From positions 186,001 to 250,000 of the forward strand of contig QPMI01000059.1 of the NCBI GenBank assembly GCA_004431415.1: DNA of 64,000 nucleotides, in the 5' to 3' direction. Below, one piece after another: positions 12,914 to 23,915 of the stretch (positions are counted from its first letter, which is position 1; every line of letters starts with the position of its first letter). Under the pieces are notes generated by a model. It saw only the letters and a list, made by a program, of their open reading frames with translations, was not told where the DNA came from and ran no database searches. The translations under genes were made by a program, and so were the position numbers. Origin of the DNA: Cyanophora paradoxa CCMP329 (taxonomy: Eukaryota > Plantae > Glaucophyta).

Positions 12914-14620
12914 AAGCTTAAGTTGCTGGGGACGGACGGACGCGGCAGTTGGTCCGCTAGCTAGCGATGCCCACGTTCAGCAATCGAGCGAGCTCGAGGC
13001 CGCCGAGCGCCACTCCGACCGCGGACGCGTTATCGATGCATTTGGCGAGCCCGCGGCCGAGCCCAAGCCGAACGAGTCCACGACGCAAGAAGCGCTAGAT
13101 GAGATCAACGGCGGGCCCGCGGGTGCGCCGCACGCACCACAGTGAAGCTGGCCATGGATGCTCACGGCAGGTCCGCGCTGCTCGGGCGATGCGCGGGCGG
13201 TCTCCGTAAGCTGTTTCTGACAGGATTTCACCGAACAGATTGCGAAGAAGCCGTGTCAGCCGGCGGCAAAGCGCGCGCTCTACGATATACGCGGAGGCTT
13301 AGCCTACGGCAGGTCCGCGCTGCTCGGGCGATGCGCGGGCGGTCTCCGTAAGCTGTTTCTGACAGGATTTCACCGAACAGATTGCGAAGAAGCCGTGTCA
13401 GCCGGCGGCAAAGCGCGCGCTCTCCGATATACGCGGAGGCTTAGCCTACGGCAGGTCCGCGCTGCTCGAGCGATGCGCGGGCGGTCTCCGTAAGCTGTTT
13501 CTGACAGGATTTCACCGAACAGATTGCGAAGAAGCCGTGTCAGCCGGCGGCAAAGCGTGCGCTCTGCGATATACGCGGAGGCTTAGCCTACGGCAGGTCC
13601 GCGCTGCTCGGGCGATGCGCGGGCGGTCTCCGTAAGCTGTTTCTGACAAGATTTTATGATCACCGAACAGATTGCGAAGGAGTCGTGGCAGCTGGCGGAG
13701 GCGCGGCGGGCGGCGGCGCGGCTCGCCGGGCGGGGCGGCGGCGCGGCGGGCGGCGGCGCGGCTCGCTGCACGGGCGGGGGCTCGGCGACCGGCGGCGCGG
13801 CTTGCCTGGCCGGGCGGGGCGCGGCGGGCGGCCGCGCGGCTCGTCGGCGGGGCGGACGCACGGCGGGCGGCGGCGCGGCTCGTCGGGCGGGCGGAGGCGC
13901 GGCGGGCGGCGGCGCGGCTCGCCGGGCGGGGCGGAGGCGCCGCGGGCGGCGGCGCGGCTCGTTGGGCGGGCGGAGGCGCGGCGGCGGCGGCGCGGCTCGT
14001 CGGGCGGGCGGAGGCGCGGCGGGCGGCGGCGCGGCTCGCCGGGCGGGGCGGAGGCGCGGCGGGCGGCGGCGCGGCTCGTTGGGCGGGGCGGAGGCGCGGC
14101 GGGCGGCGGCGCGGCTCGTCGGGCGGGGCGGAGGCGCGGCGGGCGGCGGCTCGGCTCGGCGGGCGGGGCGGAGGCGCGGCGGGCGGCGGCGCGGCTCGTT
14201 GGCGGGGCGGAGGCGCGGCGGGAGGCGGCGCTACTCGCCGGGCGGGGCGGGGGCGCGGCCGGCGGCGGCGCGGCTCGGCGGGCGGGGCGGAGGCGCGGCC
14301 GGCGGCGGCGCGGCTCGGCGGGCGGGGCGGGGGCGCGGCGGGCGGCGGCGCGGCTCGTCGGGCGGGCGGCGGCGCGGCTCGTCGGGCGGGGCGGAGGCGC
14401 GGCAGGCGGCGGCGCGGCTCGTCGGGCGGGGCGGAGGCGCGGCAGGCGGCGGCGCGGCTCGGCGGGCGGGGCGGAGGCGCGGCGGGCGGCGGCGCGGCTC
14501 GTCGTGCGGGGCGGCGGCGCGGCTCGCCGGGCGGGGCGGAGGCGCGGCGGGTGGCGGCGCGGCTCGGCGGGCGGGGCGGAGGCGCGGCGGGCGGCGGCGC
14601 GGCTCGTCGGGCGGGGCGCT
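12914..14620 (+). repeat. Left arm of long internal inverted repeat (unique segment + 142-bp tandem x3.7 + ~40-bp GC-rich tandem)
   Basis: 142-bp units start at 13165, 13307, 13449 and 13591. Unit GGCGGCGGCGCGGCTCGTCGGGCGGGGCGGAGGCGCGGCG repeated from ~13690 to 14620. Mirrors 20835-23068. Confidence 0.9.
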
Positions 14621-14645
14621 GGCCGAGCGTGTCGGAGGGCCTGTG

Positions 14646-15219
14646 TGTCGCGGGCGCGATCGATATCGCGAGTTCGCGATCGACGCGGGGGCGTACCCGC
14701 TGCTGGCCCTGAGGGGGGGCCGGCCGCCGGCCCGGCGTACCCGGTCCAGGAGAGGCCCCGGGCCTAGCACTCGAATGGCCAAGGTGGCGGGGCACTCGAA
14801 GGGTGACGTGGCGCTCGGAGGCCACAGGGGGCGCGGCCTCAAGGGCTGAAAGGTTTGGCCTTCAAGGGCTGAAGGGTTTGGCGCTCGAGTGCGTCGAGGT
14901 GGCAGGACGCTCAAGGGCTGAAGGGTTTTGCCCTGAAGGGACGATGTAGTCCAGTACGTGAATTATTAAATAGCCAGAGTCGGCAGACTTCGGCAGACTT
15001 AGCCAGGCTCGAATTATATTCGAGTAGAGTGTGCACGTGGCACAGCTTCGGCTTGCGTAGCAGCTGTAATTAATACTAGCACTGCGGCTTGCAATCTCAT
15101 AGCTACGGGCTGCCTGGGACTCGGGCTGGCCTACGGTCGAGTGCATCGCAGGTCCGTACACTGTTGTACGAGGTGTGGGTCTACGTCTCTCCCCTAGACG
15201 TGCGAGACGTGACGGCACA
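14646..15219 (+). repeat. 5' LTR
   Basis: TGTCGCGGG...GACGGCACA, direct repeat of 18637-19210. Confidence 0.9.
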
Positions 15220-16090
15220 CGTTTGGGGGCTGCTCAAAAGTTCTCTCTAACTTGGACCTTGAGCTCGAGTTCGAGGGATCTTAAGCTTCCCTTGCGCGCG
15301 AACGCGCGCGCGTTCCCTCACAGCGCGCCGTGAACTGATCTTGGGCCTTTCGCGCATTATCGTGATGCTATCTTCTCGGCGACCCCTTGCTCGATCATGG
15401 GTGAGCGATCTCTGGGCATCGCCGCGCACCCTTCTAAAAGATGCGTGCTTGTCCCTTCCGAATTCTGCGGCCGCGGGCGCTGCCAGGCCGATATATAGCG
15501 TCGAATTCGGACTCTCTCAAGGCGCATGCGCGCGCCGAGATGCTGTCCTGACATGGGCTCGTTCGGGGCGCGGGCGCAGCTGTTCCATCGCAGCTTGCGA
15601 GCGTACGCTTGAGCCGGAGCTGCAAAACTTCGCGTGGAGTGGCGCTGGTCGGGCTCGGAGCTGCGGGAGCGGGACCGCGGACGCGTGCGGAGCTACAGCG
15701 CTAGCTGCGGGCTGTAGCTGCCGGCGTGCCGACGTTGCGGGCGGCGTGCAATTAATATTGCAATCGATCGGGGCCGTCGCGCGCGGGCGCACACGTGCAG
15801 GCGAGCTCGAGGGGGCCGTCGGCGGCTGCCGGACGGTCGCGATCGTGGGCGCGCGGGCGGCGTGACTCTCGGACGGCGAGCGGCGCGGGCCGGGCGCGCG
15901 CGCGCAAGGCCGTGGCGGGCTGCGAGCTCGAGTTTGGGCACGGATCGGCGATCGCGAGTGTCTTGCAGCGCTAGCTGCTGGGCCGGACGATCGCGGGGGC
16001 GCGCCGGCGTGCGCGGGGCGGACGGTGTACGCGTGCGAACACGTGCTAGCGATCGGCTGCGGGTCGATTTCGATTTATATCTCGATATCG

Positions 16091-17383
16091 ATGGCGCGGA
16101 CACGGCGATCTGGGGCGCGGGCTGCGGATGCGGCCGCGGCCGCAGCTGCTGCGGAGGAGGGGCTCGAGGCTGATCATGAGCGGGCTGAGCACGAACCCGT
16201 CGAGGGCGAGCTCGAGGAGCAGGATGGCGCCGACGGAGGCGAGCGGCAGGGGCTTGATCGTGAGGCCGGGGCCGAGACGGCGTTGGTCCTGCGGGATGCG
16301 CTGGACGCGCTGAGGGTCGATATGAAGCAGCACGCTCAGCGGCGCGAGTTGAACTCTCTCGCGGAGAATATTCCTGTCTTGTCGCAGGCGGGTCTTCTGT
16401 CGTGGATAATGTCGGTGGAGCGGCTGGGCACTTGGACTGTGCGGCCTCCGAAATATTCTGACCCTGATACTGTCTTGGCGGAGCTCGCGGTGTCAGCTCT
16501 GCAACGCGGCGCAATTGATCCTGTTGGCGGGGCCTTCAACGCTGCTGTGCTGGGGGCGATGTCAACTAAGTCGGATTTAGGCGTCTTGGATATGGCGTCG
16601 TGGACTCAGATTCGTGCACATTTAATTGGCATGGTGCCTGGCAACAAGTTTGAGCTCCTACGCAATGTTGTGAAGTCGGCTGGCAATCATTTCTCAACTT
16701 TGAGCGACCCAACAGAGTTGGACGCTCAGTCTTTTGTGAACAGCGTCGTTGTATTTCGTCGTCTACTGCAGCTTGATTATTCGGATGAGATCCTCATCGC
16801 TGAGATTATGTCGGCTGATGTCATCACGTCGGTGGCGATGATGAAGCTCATCTGCAAAATTCCGGAGGCAGCTCGCCAGGTTATTGTTGAGTGGGGCAAT
16901 GAATTCTTTCGGCGGGTGAGGTCGTTCAACGAGCTTTCAATCAGGCTTCGACAGGCGAACGTGTTGCTGGCTGCAGCCGGGACCAGCGCTAGCTCGGCTC
17001 AGGTGGCAGCCGCAGCAAGCTCGGGGTGTGAACCTGTAAATGCTGTCAACAACGTCGGGTCGAAGCGCAAGGCGTCGACGTCGACGTCGGGCGGCGACGG
17101 TTCCGAGTCGGAGGACGATCGTGAGCAGGATCAGGATTCAAGCGACAATTATGACAGCAGTGACAGCGACGGGGATGATGATGCTGGGAATTTTGTTCAG
17201 CGGCGTGGTGACGGACGCTGGTGTGTGGAGTGCAAGAGCAGCTCGCACAACACCGACATTTGCCGCTGGAAGCTTCAGCGCGAGCTGCAAGAATTGAAGG
17301 CGGAACGTGCGGCTTGGCAGCAGGAGGTTGAGCGGCGTCGCGGCTTTGGGAGCTCCGACGGCGGCCGCGGGCAGTCGTCGTGA
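16091..17383 (+). CDS. Gag-like protein with CCHC zinc knuckle
   Basis: Intronless ORF between the LTRs (ATG 16091, MARTRRSG). C-x2-C-x4-H-x4-C motif CVECKSSSHNTDIC near the C-terminus. Confidence 0.85.
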   Translation: MARTRRSGARAADAAAAAAAAEEGLEADHERAEHEPVEGELEEQDGADGGERQGLDREAGAETALVLRDALDALRVDMKQHAQRRELNSLAENIPVLSQAGLLSWIMSVERLGTWTVRPPKYSDPDTVLAELAVSALQRGAIDPVGGAFNAAVLGAMSTKSDLGVLDMASWTQIRAHLIGMVPGNKFELLRNVVKSAGNHFSTLSDPTELDAQSFVNSVVVFRRLLQLDYSDEILIAEIMSADVITSVAMMKLICKIPEAARQVIVEWGNEFFRRVRSFNELSIRLRQANVLLAAAGTSASSAQVAAAASSGCEPVNAVNNVGSKRKASTSTSGGDGSESEDDREQDQDSSDNYDSSDSDGDDDAGNFVQRRGDGRWCVECKSSSHNTDICRWKLQRELQELKAERAAWQQEVERRRGFGSSDGGRGQSS

Positions 17384-18636
17384 ATTCGAATATTTTAATT
17401 TTTCGGCGGTTCGGTCTCCGCCAGTTCGAAAAGGCCAGCGCGAGATGGCGTGGGGTGTCAGCTGCAGCTTCGCAAGCAAGGGCGCGCGGAGTCAGCTATG
17501 AATATTCGTTGATTTTGCAATTTGCAATCTGCAACTTCGAGGTGGTGCTTGCTTGCTTTCGGGACAGAAAGGAGAAGCACCAGTGCCAACGACGGCCTGC
17601 CTTCGGGACGGAAGGAGGCGTCGTGCCGATTATGTCCGGTGGACCGGCGTCCACAGCCGAGGCGCGGACCTGCCCGGGCCCTGATCAGGACGGGTCGAGG
17701 AGGGCGCCTATGACAGCTGGGTGGGACGGGGGACGTACGGCGGTTGAGGGTCGGGAGGGCCCGAGGTCGTCGTCCATCCGAACGTGACCGGGTCGGACCT
17801 GCATTGGACGGACGTGGGCTCAACGTCTCGTCACCGCAGGTGGCACATTTTGAAATCCGAGTGCGGCGGCGCTCGGTACCCGACGTCGGAGCGGGCTCGA
17901 GCGCACCATCGCTCGGAGCAGGGCGTCCGCGGCGCATCATCGTCGCGGGCTGAGGCCAGTGAGGCTTGGCGTCGGGTCCTTTCAGGCGCACCATCGTCTG
18001 GAAGAGGCATCTGTACGCATCATCGTCGGATGCTGGAGTTTTGGAGGGGACAACGGGAGGTCGAGCACAGCTTCACGCGTCGGGTGGGGCGGGGGACGCT
18101 CCAAACCATCTGATGTCGTTCGAGGCTAGTGCCGTCTTTCGTTTGTGCTCCTGACCCTGCGGCGGTGTGAGCAACCTCGGCGGACATTTTCGGTCTTCGG
18201 ACTCGATGTGCAAGTGCACCTACCGCCGGCGGACCCACAGCAACCGTCAATTTATCTGTGCGTCCGGCCGCTCATTTTATTCTCGGGTCGAAAATGGTGG
18301 AGGATTTCGTAAGGCGGATTTGAGAACAAGAGCGGGAATTTTGGAAGTGCCCGTCGCGGCGGCGTCCGCGTTCTGAAGCACAGGATTCCCTCTTTTCTCG
18401 CCGTCTACAGATCCAGCCACAGGCCGGAGGGGCCAGACTCGCAAGACGTCGAGGGGCAGCGGCGTCTGCAGGGCCGACGTCGACTGCGGGTTACGAAGGG
18501 ACGGAGCCGGTCGATGTCGTTGTTCGGCAGCTCACCCTTCTAAATTGTGGATATGTAAATATTCGGGGACTTTCGATTTGCTGCGGCGAACGTCGCGGGA
18601 TGGACGCCGAGGACGGCTTTCTTGTGCTGCGGCGAA

Positions 18637-19210
18637 TGTCGCGGGCGCGATCGATATCGCGAGTTCGCGATCGACGCGGGGGCGTACCCGCTGCTGGCCC
18701 TGAGGGGGGGCCGGCCGCCGGCCCGGCGTACCCGGTCCAGGAGAGGCCCCGGGCCTAGCACTCGAATGGCCAAGGTGGCGGGGCACTCGAAGGGTGACGT
18801 GGCGCTCGGAGGCCACAGGGGGCGCGGCCTCAAGGGCTGAAAGGTTTGGCCTTCAAGGGCTGAAGGGTTTGGCGCTCGAGTGCGTCGAGGTGGCAGGACG
18901 CTCAAGGGCTGAAGGGTTTTGCCCTGAAGGGACGATGTAGTCCAGTACGTGAATTATTAAATAGCCAGAGTCGGCAGACTTCGGCAGACTTAGCCAGGCT
19001 CGAATTATATTCGAGTAGAGTGTGCACGTGGCACAGCTTCGGCTTGCGTAGCAGCTGTAATTAATACTAGCACTGCGGCTTGCAATCTCATAGCTACGGG
19101 CTGCCTGGGACTCGGGCTGGCCTACGGTCGAGTGCATCGCAGGTCCGTACACTGTTGTACGAGGTGTGGGTCTACGTCTCTCCCCTAGACGTGCGAGACG
19201 TGACGGCACA
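18637..19210 (+). repeat. 3' LTR
   Basis: Direct repeat of 14646-15219. Confidence 0.9.
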
Positions 19211-19554
19211 TGTGCGAGAGCTCCGGGGCGGGCGCAGGCTCAAGAGGCCAGCTCCTCCGGCCCCCCACTCTTCAGAAACGACGCGCCACGGAGTTCTGTC
19301 GGCCTTTTCCGCCCTGCTCAGTGCGCACGCCCCGCCCCTGGGAGCCGTGCCCTGCGCGACCGTCGGACGGGGCCGGGCGCAGCGGGCTTCAAGCATCTCC
19401 GTGCCTATCCGCGGCCAAGCTGGGCAACGCCCGCCCGGCTTGAAGGTGCCACGCGGCTAGAGGAATTCGAACTCGAGCAGCTGGCTGCCAGTTAGCTTAT
19501 GCAGCCTAGTAGTTTAAGCCTATAGCTAGAACTTCGGAAGTCTTGGTAGCCTTC

Positions 19555-20420
19555 TTTGATTAGCCAGCTGTTCGCTCGGAACGGCAGGTCGAGCAGGACA
19601 GAAATCTCAAGACAACAGATCAATCATTATATAATGCAGTTGTACCGTAGTACGTGTCTTGCTATATTCATGAATATAAAATTACTAATCGGCTACCTAC
19701 GGCCGCGGGGCCCCGGGGTTTCATGATCACCCCATGGCCACCGAAATCACCGATCGCGAGTCTCATGATCATGATCATGCAAAATAGCCTAGTAAGCAAC
19801 TCCGGCTTGCAAGCAAGCGAGCTTGAAAATTAAACTTGAAGCTGAACTTCGGAATTCGGACCAGAAAGCTGCTGATCATGACTCAGTGATCATGATCATG
19901 ATATTTATGTATAGATAGATCATGATCACTGAGCGTGACAGTTGTCATAAGCATCGGACTCGCCGAGTCGAGATCCGATGACCATGATCATGATTATGAG
20001 CCGCTGACCATGATCATGATCATGCCATGATGAGCCTTGGCAATCGCAATATGATCATGAGCCTCGCCGAGTCGAAGTGTACGTTCGATTAGCTAGCCGT
20101 TCGCTCGGCGGCGGAACGGCAGCCTGGCATGCGCAGGTGGAGCAGGACAGACTCTGAGAAATTTCGAATTCAAGGCCTAGCTATAGGCAACAGATTAAGT
20201 TGTACATGTCTTTCGAGCAAGCTTAAAAATTAAACTTGAGGCTGAACTTCGGAATTCAATAATTCGGAAAGCTGCTGATATCGATCAAGATCATATGCAT
20301 GGTATACGTATATATCGATATCGGTTACTGAGCTCGAGATCCGGATCCGATGATCATGAGCCGGCGCCGCTTATCATGATCATGCATGAGCTTTGGTAAT
20401 ATTAATATTAATGGCAATCA
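19555..20420. repeat. Diverged tandem duplication rich in TGATCA palindromes
   Basis: ~19555-20060 aligns with ~20088-20420 (GTTCGCTCGG..GAGCAGGACAGA..AAAATTAAACTTGA..GCTGAACTTCGGAATTC). Confidence 0.65.
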
Positions 20421-20834
20421 TTGAATATGAGGACAAAGATCGGGACAAATATTGATGTGCGCATGCATGATCATATGCATAGCTTTTGTTTTGCATATGC
20501 GCAGAGGGGCGCGGGACGCTGGATACCACGGCATGCGCAGAGGGGCGCTGGATATCGGGCGCGGGGCGCTGGACGGCAAATATCGGGCAAGGGGCGCTGG
20601 ACGGCGGCAGAGGTGGGGCGTTGGATGGCGCTGGGTGAGGGGGGGGGCGGGAGGGGGGGGGGGGGGGGGGGTGGGGGGCCTCGGCGGCGGGGTTCCACTC
20701 GCGGGGGGAGGGGGGGGGGCGGGGAGGGGTGAAGGGCTAAGGGGGCGGAGCGCCGGAGGGCGACAAGGTCAGGGCGCTGGGGTCGGCGGCGGGGTCGGGC
20801 CTAGGGTAATGGGAAAGGGTGGCGAGGTCAGGGC

Positions 20835-23068
20835 CCGCCGCCGCCCGCAGCACCTCCGCCCCGCCCGACGAGCCGCGCCGCCGCCCGCCGCGCCTCCGCC
20901 CGCCCAACGAGCCGCGCCGCCGCCCGCCGCACCTCCGCCCCGCCCGACGAGCCGCGCCGCGCCCGCCGTGCGTCCGCCCCGCCCGACGAGCCGCGCGGCC
21001 GCCCGCCGCGCCCCCGCCCGGCCAGGCAAGCCGCGCCGCCGGTCGCCGAGCCCCCGCCCGACGAGCCGCGCCGCCGCCCGCCGCGCCTCCGCCCCGCCCG
21101 CCGAGCCGCGCCGCCGCCGGCCGCGCCTCCGCCCCGCCCGCCGAGCCGCGCCGCCGCCGGCCGCGCCCCGCCCCGCCCGGCGAGAAGCGCCGCCGCCCGC
21201 CGTGCGTCCGCCCCGCCCGACGAGCCGCGCCGCCGCCCGCCGCGCCTCCGCCCCGCCCAACGAGCCGCGCCGCCGCCCGCCGCACCTCCGCCCCGCCCGA
21301 CGAGCCGCGCCGCCGCCCGCCGCGCCTCCGCCCCGCCGACGAGCCGCGCCGCCGCCCGCCGCGCCTCCGCCCCGCCCGACGAGCCGCGCCGCCGCCCGCC
21401 GTGCGTCCGCCCCGCCCGACGAACCGCGCGGCCGCCCGCCGCGCCCCGCCCCGTGCAGCGAGCCGCGCCGCCGCCGCCCGCGCCCCGCCCGGCCAGGCAA
21501 GCCGAGCCGCGCGGCCGCCCGCCGCGCCCCGCCCGGCCAGGCAGGCCGAGCCGCGCGGCCGCCCGCCGCGCCCCCCCGGCCAGGCAAGCCGCGCCGCCGC
21601 CCGCCGAGCCCCCGCCACGTGCAGCGAGCCGCGCCGCCGCCCGCCGCGCCTCCGCCCCGCCCGCCGAGCCGCGCCGCCGCCCGCCGCGCCTCCGCCCCGC
21701 CCGCCGAGCCGCGCCGCCGCCTGCCGCGCCTCCGCCCCGCCCAACGAGCCGCGCCGCCGCCCGCCGCGCCTCCGCCCCGCACGGCGAGCCGCGCCGCCGC
21801 CGCCCGCGCCCCGCCCGGCCAGGCAAGCCGAGCCGCGCGGCCGCCCGCCGCGCCCCGCCCGGCCAGGCAAGCCGCGCCGCCGGTCGCCGAGCCCCGCCCC
21901 ATGCAGCGAGCCGCGCGGCCGCCCGCCGCGCCTCCGCCCGCCCGGCGAGCCGCGCCGCCGCCCGCCGCGCCTCCGCCCCGCTCGACGAGCCGCGCCGCCG
22001 CCCGCCGCGCCCCGCCCCGCCCGCCGAGCCGCGCCGCCGCCGGCCGCGCCTCCGCCCGCCCGCCGAGCCGCGCCGCCGCCGGCCGCGCCCCGCCCCGCCC
22101 GGCGAGAAGCGCCGCCTCCCGCCGCGCCTCCGCCCCGCCCGACGAGCCGCGCCGCCGCCCGCCGCGCCTCCGCCCGCCCGACGAGCCGCGCCGCCGCCCG
22201 CCGCGCCTCCGCCCGCCGCGCCTCCGCCCCGCCCGGCGAGCCGCGCCGCCGCCCGCCGTGCCTCCGATCCGCCCCGCCCGGCGAGCCGCGCCGCCGCCCG
22301 CCGCGCCTCCGCCACCTGCCACGACTCCTTCGCAATCTGTTCGGTGATCATGAAATCTTGTCAGAAACAGCTTACGGAGACCGCCCGCGCATCGCCCGAG
22401 CAGCGCGGACCTGCCGTAGGCTAAGCCTCCGCGTATATCGGAGAGCGCGCTTTGCCGCCGGCTGACACGGCTTCTTCGCAATCTGTTCGGTGAAATCCTG
22501 TCAGAAACAGCTTACGGAGACCGCCCGCGCATCGCCCGAGCAGCGCGGACCTGCCGTAGGCTAAGCCTCCGCGTATATCGGAGAGCGCGCGCTTTGCCGC
22601 CGGCTGACACGGCTTCTTCGCAATCTGTTCGGTGAAATCCTGTCAGAAACAGCTTACGGAGACCGCTCGCGCATCGCCCGAGCAGCGCGGACCTGCCGTA
22701 GGCTAAGCCTCCGCGTATATCGGAGAGCGCGCGCTTTGCCGCCGGCTGACACGGCTTCTTCGCAATCTGTTCGGTGAAATCCTGTCAGAAACAGCTTACG
22801 GAGACCGCCCGCGCATCGCCCGAGCAGCGCGGACCTGCCGTGAGCATCCATGGCCAGCTTCACTGTGGTGCGTGCGGCGCGCCCGCGGGCCCGCCGTTGA
22901 TCTCATCTAGCGCTTCTTGCGTCGTGGACTCGTTCGGCTCGGGCTCGGACTCGCCATCAACACCGCGTGCGCAGTGGGGCTCGGTGGCCTCGACCCGGGC
23001 TCGCTGGACGTGGGCATCGCTAGCTAGCGGACCAACTGCTGCGTCCGTCGCCCCAGCAACTTAAGCTT
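20835..23068 (-). repeat. Right arm of long internal inverted repeat
   Basis: Reverse complement of 12914-14620, with a longer 40-bp array (~1.5 kb) and the same 142-bp units (22330-22840). Confidence 0.9.
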
Positions 23069-23424
23069 AAGCTTCGCGGTCTTGTCAGAAGCGAACCTCA
23101 AAGGGGGTAGGCGAACCTCAAACCCCCCGCGCCGTTGCTCCCAGCTTTCGAATTCCAAGCGAATTGCACCGCCGCGGCAACGAGAGCAAGAGCTGCGTAT
23201 ACAGCGAAGAGTAATGGTGCCGCTGCGGGGCTGTTCGCGCTTCCAGGGCTGTTCGACTGAAATGTTCGGATCGACCGCGGCCGGAGCAGGTTTGGAGTGT
23301 ATACTACACTGTATAGAGCGCTGATAGACAACGTCGCGCAGCCCCACATGAATGGCCACGCATATGGCCACGGCGACCGTCGGACTGCAGGCGCCGGCGA
23401 CTGCACGGCGACGGCGACTGCGTT

Positions 23425-23915
23425 CTCTGCTTCTTCTCTAACTGACCATCGTCTTTGCGCTCAGCGGCTGTCGCGTGCAGAGCCTACGAGATCTTCCCAT
23501 ATGCATGCAAATGAATCGAAGAGGTCCGTGCGCGTACGCGTGCGCCCTTCCTTTTCGATAGCGCGCTTTTTGGCCGGTCCTGCCACTCGGAGGTGAGCGA
23601 GTGGTGGGGTCTGCTGGCGGCCCTGCTGCTCGAAGGTGAGCGAGCAAGCGGGGCTGCCGGTCGCGGCTTAACTTAGTGAGCTTTTAGGTTTTAGATTGCG
23701 TCCTCGAGCTCTGCTTCTTCTCCAGCTGACCATCGTCTTTGCACTCAGCAGCTGTCTCGTGCGGAGCCTACGAGCATCTTCCCATGAAGAGGTCCGTGCG
23801 CCCTTCCTTTTCGATAGCGCGCTTTTTGGCCGGCCCTGCCACTTGGAGGTGAGCGAGTGGTGGGGTCTGCTGGCGGCCCTGCTGCTCGAAGGTGAGCGAG
23901 CAAGCGGGGCTGCCG
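23425..23915. repeat. Tandem duplication, ~220-250-bp units
   Basis: CTCTGCTTCTTCTC...GCAAGCGGGGCTGCCGG occurs at ~23425-23660 and ~23709-23916. Confidence 0.75.

Larger units (their letters stand above)
14646..19210 (+). mobile_element. Gag-only (non-autonomous) LTR retrotransposon
   Basis: 574-bp direct repeats 14646-15219 and 18637-19210 with TG...CA ends, identical by eye. 4-bp TSD TGTG (14642-14645, 19211-19214). Possible tRNA-Pro PBS TGGGGGCT at 15224-15231 (8 nt, weak). Confidence 0.9.

Noticed and set aside
13165-13690. Regular repeats as a CRISPR-like array
   Set aside because: Whole 142-bp units are near-identical with no unique spacers; eukaryotic context and no cas genes.
13512-14914. 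Several 230-440 aa Arg/Ala/Gly/Pro ORFs in all frames
   Set aside because: Stop-free by-product of the 40-bp GC-rich tandem array.
17384-18636. Degenerate pol after gag
   Set aside because: No protease, RT (YxDD), RNase H or integrase motifs visible in the ORF track.
20452-22481. 500-630 aa ORFs on both strands
   Set aside because: Same 40-bp array in inverted orientation; no domain content.
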